A stretch of 64,000 nt of DNA from Dehalococcoidia bacterium. Lineage in GTDB: Bacteria > Chloroflexota > Dehalococcoidia > Bin125. Below, piece after piece: positions 58,911-64,000 of the stretch (its first letter is position 1; each line of letters opens with the position of its first letter). Location of the stretch: NCBI GenBank assembly GCA_963662615.2, contig CAXXSR010000001.1, positions 672,001-736,000 on the forward strand, written 5' to 3'. The position numbers and the translations under genes were made by a program. The notes under the pieces are model-generated. The model had not been told where the DNA came from. It ran no database searches and was given only the letters and a program-made list of their open reading frames with translations.

Positions 58911-60140
58911 ATGAAAATCCTGCGCCATCTCACCCCTAAGTCCCGCGGCTGGCTGGACTCCCTGCTGGCGCCGGCCGCGGATCCGCGCCAGACCTTCGCC
59001 GACGTGGTCCAACGCCAGCAGGATCTCCTGGCCCGACTGCGCCAGGCGCGAACGAGCATCGCGGTGTCGCGAGAGCGACTGGAGGCCAAGATCGCGGAAG
59101 GACGGAGCAAACTCGCGCTCCTGGAGGAGCAGGCGCGCGAGCCGGGGCGCGATGACCTGACCCCCTTCGTCCTCCAGCTCCGCCGTCGCGCCGCCGAGGA
59201 GATCCACGCGCTGGAAGCGGAGCTGCGCACGCTGCGGCAGGAGGAGGAAGTCCTGCCGCTGGTGGAGCAGCGCCTCGTGGCCGAGATCGATGCCCTGCAT
59301 GCTCGCCGAGAGGTCCAGGCAGCGCGTCACAGCAGCACTGAGGCGCAGGTGCGCGTGCAGGAAGCGCTGGGCGGCATCGCCGAGGAAGTGGCCGGCCTCA
59401 GCCTGGCCCTGGAGCAGGCCGAGCAGCGAACCGAGCAACTCCAGTCCCGGGCGTCGGCGATCGACCAACTCGTCGAACTCGGGCTTCCGCAGGCGCCGGG
59501 CCGCTCCACCGGCGACCCCGCTGCACGGCGGCTGGCGCTTCGCTTCTCGTTCGAAGCCGGCAACGAGGAGATGGGGCAGTTCCAAGAGCAACTCCAGGCC
59601 GGGCTGCAGGTGGTGCAACAGCTCATCTACGAGTACGAGCAGCTCAAGCCGGTGCTGGTGCGTCGCCGCGCCACCGATTCTCTCTCCGTCGCCTACGTCC
59701 CCGCCCTCGCCGAGGAAACATACCGCCAGGGCATGAGCGTGCTCGAGCACGCGCTGGAACTTGCGCGCGCGCTGCGCTCACCCGGGACGACGGATCTCGA
59801 CGCCGACATCGCCGCGCTGGAGCGCGAAGGCGAAACGGCCCAGCGCGAAACGGCACAGCGCCAGGCGGCGCCGTCCGAACCCGCGCCAACCCTGCCCAAC
59901 ACGCTGGCGACCCTGACGGAGCGGCGGGATGCCCTGCGACGCCACCGCGCGCGCGTCGATGAGCTCATCCGCCATGCCGGCCGCTGTCAAGCGTCGCTGC
60001 AGCAAGCGCGGATCGAATTGGCGAGCCTCAACGCCAGCAATTCCGCGGCCGGCGTCAACGCCGTCACCGCGACGTTAATGAACACCCTCCAACAGGCCCG
60101 CGAGGTCCAGGAGGAACTGACCAAGGACGGCGCTGGCTAG
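58911..60140 (+). CDS. PspA/IM30-like coiled-coil protein with ~200-aa C-terminal helical extension
   Basis: A.DPRQT..Q..LL..LR....I..SR.RLE, GRDDL, EAQ.RV.EAL.GI.EE, L.SRASAIDQL. Confidence 0.75.
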   Translation: MKILRHLTPKSRGWLDSLLAPAADPRQTFADVVQRQQDLLARLRQARTSIAVSRERLEAKIAEGRSKLALLEEQAREPGRDDLTPFVLQLRRRAAEEIHALEAELRTLRQEEEVLPLVEQRLVAEIDALHARREVQAARHSSTEAQVRVQEALGGIAEEVAGLSLALEQAEQRTEQLQSRASAIDQLVELGLPQAPGRSTGDPAARRLALRFSFEAGNEEMGQFQEQLQAGLQVVQQLIYEYEQLKPVLVRRRATDSLSVAYVPALAEETYRQGMSVLEHALELARALRSPGTTDLDADIAALEREGETAQRETAQRQAAPSEPAPTLPNTLATLTERRDALRRHRARVDELIRHAGRCQASLQQARIELASLNASNSAAGVNAVTATLMNTLQQAREVQEELTKDGAG

Positions 60141-60204
60141 GCCCTGCGCCGTGGCGCATCACGGATCAGCGAGTGGATCTGCACTCGCAATGGAGGAATA
60201 TCCC

Positions 60205-61419
60205 ATGACGATCACAGAGCACCCCAATCAGTCGGAGACAGACACGGCCGTCATTCCCGTCTCGCCTGACGAGATTGTCCCGGCGGAGGGGACCGAGCCC
60301 ACCGCGCCCGAGGCGCCCGAGGCGCTCTCGCCGGAGGAGGTCCGGGACTTCCAGGCCCGAGCCGGCGCCTTGGTCGCCGATCTGGGCAACGCCAGCGGCA
60401 GCAAGGAGTTGCAACAGATCGACGGCATCTCCGGCCTTGGCGTTCAGGCGCAGCGCCGCGCCGGGTCGGAACTCGACCTGCTCAGGGGGCGCATGAAAGA
60501 CATCTTTACCCGCGATGGACCCAACGCCGAGCTCTGGGCCGATCTCCTGGAGATGCGCAAGGCCCTTGAGCGCATCGACCCGCAGCAGTTGAGCCGCCCC
60601 AGCCTCAACCGGCGGCTATCCGGCGTCCTCTCGTTCGTGCGCCGCTCGGCCCCCGGTTTGAAGGCGCTTGAGCGAATCGCCCTCCGCCATGAATCGGTCT
60701 CCAAAGAAGTCGAGGTGATTGAGGCGAGGCTCCGCGAGGGCCGCATGATGCTGTCGCGGGACAACGTCGAATTGCGCAAGCTCTACGAGCAGGTCGAGGC
60801 GCAGCAAGTCACGATTCAGAAGAACGCCTACCTGGGCGAGCTCATCATCCGCGAGCTGGCCGCCCTCATCGACCGGACCGACGACCCGCTCAAGGCCGAG
60901 CGGCTGCGCAGCCCCCTCCACGACGTCGCCACGCGCGTGCAGGACCTTCGCATGATGGAGGAGGTCGGGCATCAGTTTTTCGTGAGCATCGAGATGACCC
61001 GCGAGAACAATTCCCGCTTGGGGCAGTCGGTGGAGCGCACCCTCGCGCTGGGCACGAACGTCGTGACCATCGGTCTGGCTATCCAGGTAGCGCTCGTGCG
61101 CCAGAAGCGCGTCCTCGACGCGACCCGTCGGACGCGGGAGTTCCTGCGCGGCATGATCGCCGCCAACGCTGCCGCCATCAAACGCCATACGGCGGAGATC
61201 GGCGATGTCTACAACAGTCCCGTGATCGCCATCGAGAAAGTCACGCAGGCCCACCAGGACTTTGTCGACGCCATCGACATGGCCAACCGCATCAAGCAGG
61301 AGGGCATCGAGGCCGCGCGGGAAAACATCGCCCGCCTCGGCCAGATGTCCGCCGATCTGCAGCGTCGCTCTGGCGCGCTGGGGGACCCCGGACGCGAATC
61401 CACGTCCGTGGAGGTGTGA
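60205..61419 (+). CDS. Toxic anion resistance protein (TelA/YaaN family)
   Basis: LG..AQ, L.EMR..L..IDP, L.RDNV.L, V.DL, NN..L..SV.R, Q.RVL.A. Confidence 0.82.
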   Translation: MTITEHPNQSETDTAVIPVSPDEIVPAEGTEPTAPEAPEALSPEEVRDFQARAGALVADLGNASGSKELQQIDGISGLGVQAQRRAGSELDLLRGRMKDIFTRDGPNAELWADLLEMRKALERIDPQQLSRPSLNRRLSGVLSFVRRSAPGLKALERIALRHESVSKEVEVIEARLREGRMMLSRDNVELRKLYEQVEAQQVTIQKNAYLGELIIRELAALIDRTDDPLKAERLRSPLHDVATRVQDLRMMEEVGHQFFVSIEMTRENNSRLGQSVERTLALGTNVVTIGLAIQVALVRQKRVLDATRRTREFLRGMIAANAAAIKRHTAEIGDVYNSPVIAIEKVTQAHQDFVDAIDMANRIKQEGIEAARENIARLGQMSADLQRRSGALGDPGRESTSVEV

Positions 61420-61477
61420 TTGACCTGCTCGCAATCCTGGCTGGCCGCCGCTGGGGCGCGCATGGAGCGGGACACGC

Positions 61478-62221
61478 TTACCCCGCCTGCACCGCCAGGA
61501 GCCCTCCGGCGAGAAGGGGAACCGCGACCGCTAGGAGTTGCAGGGCGGAATCCGGCGCACTGTGCAGCCACCGCAGATCCACTGGCAGCGTTCGTCCATC
61601 GTCGAGGGTGACCTGTCCTTCCAACTGCACGACCCGGCGGCGCAGCAGGCGGGCACGAGCGGACAGTCGGCGCTGCGTCAGGGAAAGGGCGAACGCTGCT
61701 GCGCCGACGAGGAGTGCCGGCCAGGGGACCGTTCCGCCCTGCGCGAACGCGGCGGTGATTACCGGGTAGGCGCCCCAGGCCAACGCGAAGCCGACGTCCG
61801 TGTGGAAGCGCCCTCCGAACCATTCCAGGTTGTAGGCAAGGAGCATCGCCACTCCGGCCAGCATGAACAATCCCAGCAGCGGAGACCCTTGCACAATCCC
61901 CAGCGCGCCCAGGGCCAGCGCGCCAGCAAGGCCCAGTACGGTCAGAGCCAGCAAGTGTCCGGACGGAATCGCTGTGCGCAGCGGCCGATCCTGCCACTCA
62001 TCCATTGCATGCGCGGCGATTCCCACCGCCAGGAAGAAAGCCAGCAGCGTCGCAGCCAATCGGAGCATGTCGACCTGGGTCACTGTCACTGCCCCCAGCA
62101 CCACGTACGCCAGGTGCCAGGTGGTGTAGGGCGGATGCAGGAGCGTCCAATAGTCGCGCCAGCCGCCCCCCGGCAGCGCATAGAAGGCCACTCGCCGAGC
62201 CGCTCGAGCTTCAGCCCTCAT
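61478..62221 (-). CDS. UbiA-like membrane protein
   Basis: LLHPPYT.WHL, AHAMDEWQDRPL, AYNLE.FGG.FH.D; ~7 TM segments. Confidence 0.6.
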   Translation of the reverse strand: MRAEARAARRVAFYALPGGGWRDYWTLLHPPYTTWHLAYVVLGAVTVTQVDMLRLAATLLAFFLAVGIAAHAMDEWQDRPLRTAIPSGHLLALTVLGLAGALALGALGIVQGSPLLGLFMLAGVAMLLAYNLEWFGGRFHTDVGFALAWGAYPVITAAFAQGGTVPWPALLVGAAAFALSLTQRRLSARARLLRRRVVQLEGQVTLDDGRTLPVDLRWLHSAPDSALQLLAVAVPLLAGGLLAVQAG

Positions 62222-62963
62222 CGCTCCCACCCCCTTCGGATTTCCGTCCCCACATGACGACGCCTCCTCCCCAGCTCATCACACGGACGTGAACGTCCTC
62301 GATCCCGGCGGCGCTCCACCATCCGCGTTGGCTCTCCAGCGGAAAGCGCTGGTAGAACCTGTCGATGCTCGGTCCCAGAAACCGACCGACCTCGTACCAG
62401 CTTCGCGAGACGAGAGCCCCGGCCAGGGGCAGTCCTACCCGCGTATGCAGCCACCAGGCCGCCTGCAGGGGCAGAGAATCTGGACGGGAGAACTCCAGCC
62501 CGGCCAGGGTGCCGCCGGGTCGCAATGTCCGCGCTAATTCCGCCAGGGTGGCCGGCGGATCCGCGACGTACCGCAGCAGGTAGGTAAAGGTAACGGCATC
62601 AAACGTTCGGTCCGGGAACGGCAGGCAGCGGGCGTCGCCGCGCACCAGTCCAATCCGCGCTGTCAGGCCGGCGTCGTCCAGCGCGCGCGCGCCCGCAGCC
62701 AGCATCGCGGGCGATTGGTCCAGCCCCACAATCGCTGCGGGCGTCCGCTGCGCCACCGCACGAGCCACCCTGGCCGTGCCCGTCGCAACATCGAGAACGC
62801 GTCCATCCGCCGGCACCGCCACGCGGGAGAGCAAGAAGCGGCGCCAGCGCGCGTTCTGCCCGAACGAGAGCAGCTCGGCCAGCAGGTCGTACTCGTCGGC
62901 GATGCCGGCAAAGAGACGGCGCGCGACCGCCGCCGGGTCCGCAGCGACTTCTGGCGAACGCAT
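62211..62963 (-). CDS. UbiE/MenG-family SAM methyltransferase
   Basis: F..IA..YD....LSFGQ..RWRR, VLDVATGT, LPFPD..FD, YLLRYV.D. Confidence 0.85.
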   Translation of the reverse strand: MRSPEVAADPAAVARRLFAGIADEYDLLAELLSFGQNARWRRFLLSRVAVPADGRVLDVATGTARVARAVAQRTPAAIVGLDQSPAMLAAGARALDDAGLTARIGLVRGDARCLPFPDRTFDAVTFTYLLRYVADPPATLAELARTLRPGGTLAGLEFSRPDSLPLQAAWWLHTRVGLPLAGALVSRSWYEVGRFLGPSIDRFYQRFPLESQRGWWSAAGIEDVHVRVMSWGGGVVMWGRKSEGGGSDEG

Positions 62964-63232
62964 GGAGCGATCCTAATCTCCTTTCGGTGCGTAGCCACCG
63001 CCCCGCCTCCTGGGAGGGGCGACACGTTCGGATTCTGGGGCCACTGTCACGGCGCCACGGTCACGACGCCACTGTCACGGCGCCGCTGCACGGCTCCTAC
63101 GCAGCACCCCCCTGTTGCCGCGCTGCACGGAGCGCCCACGACATGGCGCTTATCCAGTGAGCCCGCAATGTATGGTGATCCGAGCGCTCGCCAAGGAGCG
63201 CCCCTTGCCGGCAACGTCTTGAGGAGGCCCTC

Positions 63233-64000
63233 ATGATCACGCGGTTCTCATCGCTGTACGCCGGACACGTGGATCTCGACGACATGGGCCAAGACGCCAC
63301 GCCGGTCAACGAGCGGCGGCTGTCCAACGAGCAGCTTGCCACGGTGTTCTCCAAGACCGAGGCGATGGCCCGCTGCATGGACGACAACGGGTACGACACG
63401 CTCTGGCTGGCGGAGCACCATTTCCAGCACGAGGGCTACGAGTGCATCCCCAACCTGCTGATGCTGGGCGTGCATCTCTCGCACCTGACCGAACGGCTGA
63501 AGATTGGCTGCGGCTTCAACATCGCACCGATGTGGCACCCGCTGCGCCTCGCCGAGGACTTCGCCACCGCCGACATCCTAACCGACGGGCGCATCGTCTT
63601 CGGCCTCGGCCGCGGCTATCACACCCGCGAGGTCGAGAGCCTCGGCGGACCCATGCTCGACCAGGAGGCGAACCGCGACTACTTCGAAGAGCAGACCGAG
63701 ATCATCTTCAAGGCCTTCCACGACGAGTCGTTCTCGCACCATGGCAAGCACTACGACCTGCCCCCGCGCGTGCCCTACCGCGGCTATGAGCTTGAGGAGT
63801 TGACGCTCGTCCCGCGGCCGACGCATCCGGTCGAGTGCTGGCAGCCCATCGTCAGCGCATCGGCACGCGGCCTCGACTTCATGGTCAAGCATGGGATCAA
63901 GGGAGTGGTCGGCGGCGGATCGGCGCTGATGTCGGAGGGCCCCATGGCCGCCTACCGCGACGCGCTCGGCCGCGCTGGCATCGAGGCCAAGCTCGGCGAA
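63233..64000 (+). CDS. LLM-class flavin-dependent oxidoreductase, 5' part (runs off window)
   Basis: MITRFSSLYAGHVD...WLAEHHFQHEGYE...WHPLRLAEDFA.ADILTDGR..FGLGRG; GAGGAGG RBS. Confidence 0.88.
   Translation, partial: MITRFSSLYAGHVDLDDMGQDATPVNERRLSNEQLATVFSKTEAMARCMDDNGYDTLWLAEHHFQHEGYECIPNLLMLGVHLSHLTERLKIGCGFNIAPMWHPLRLAEDFATADILTDGRIVFGLGRGYHTREVESLGGPMLDQEANRDYFEEQTEIIFKAFHDESFSHHGKHYDLPPRVPYRGYELEELTLVPRPTHPVECWQPIVSASARGLDFMVKHGIKGVVGGGSALMSEGPMAAYRDALGRAGIEAKLGE

Noticed and set aside
61416-61769. Fifth gene of the PspA/TelA operon
   Set aside because: Mostly overlaps the convergent UbiA-like gene and has shadow-ORF composition, despite an RBS-like GGAGGT.

Overview
High-GC bacterial chromosomal window, probably Chloroflexota/Dehalococcoidia-like (inferred from gene style, LLM oxidoreductases and the CxHHW small protein). 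It holds tRNA-Pro, a PyrR-regulated pyr operon (pyrR-pyrB-pyrC-carA-carB-pyrK) with pyrD 12 kb away, a SufR-like/Mrp/NYN unit, an orphan DNA methyltransferase, and an IS3 joining two truncated genes. It also holds a cobalamin riboswitch with btuF, two-component and CheW genes, a zinc-free L36 missed by the ORF track, RNase D, two divergent ECF sigma factors, and a secreted 29-aa-repeat protein. The right half has a mannosylfructose/GDP-mannose osmolyte cluster, a three-domain IPCT-DIPPS-HAD fusion, and an operon of two paralogous membrane proteins, an extended PspA and TelA. The most unusual signal is a family of ~24-bp palindromic micro-elements (CTGTCC...GAAGG) nested inside one another at fixed sites at seven loci, one in frame inside pyrC. 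All calls come from motif recognition by eye; no database searches were run. Some frameshifts may be sequencing errors.
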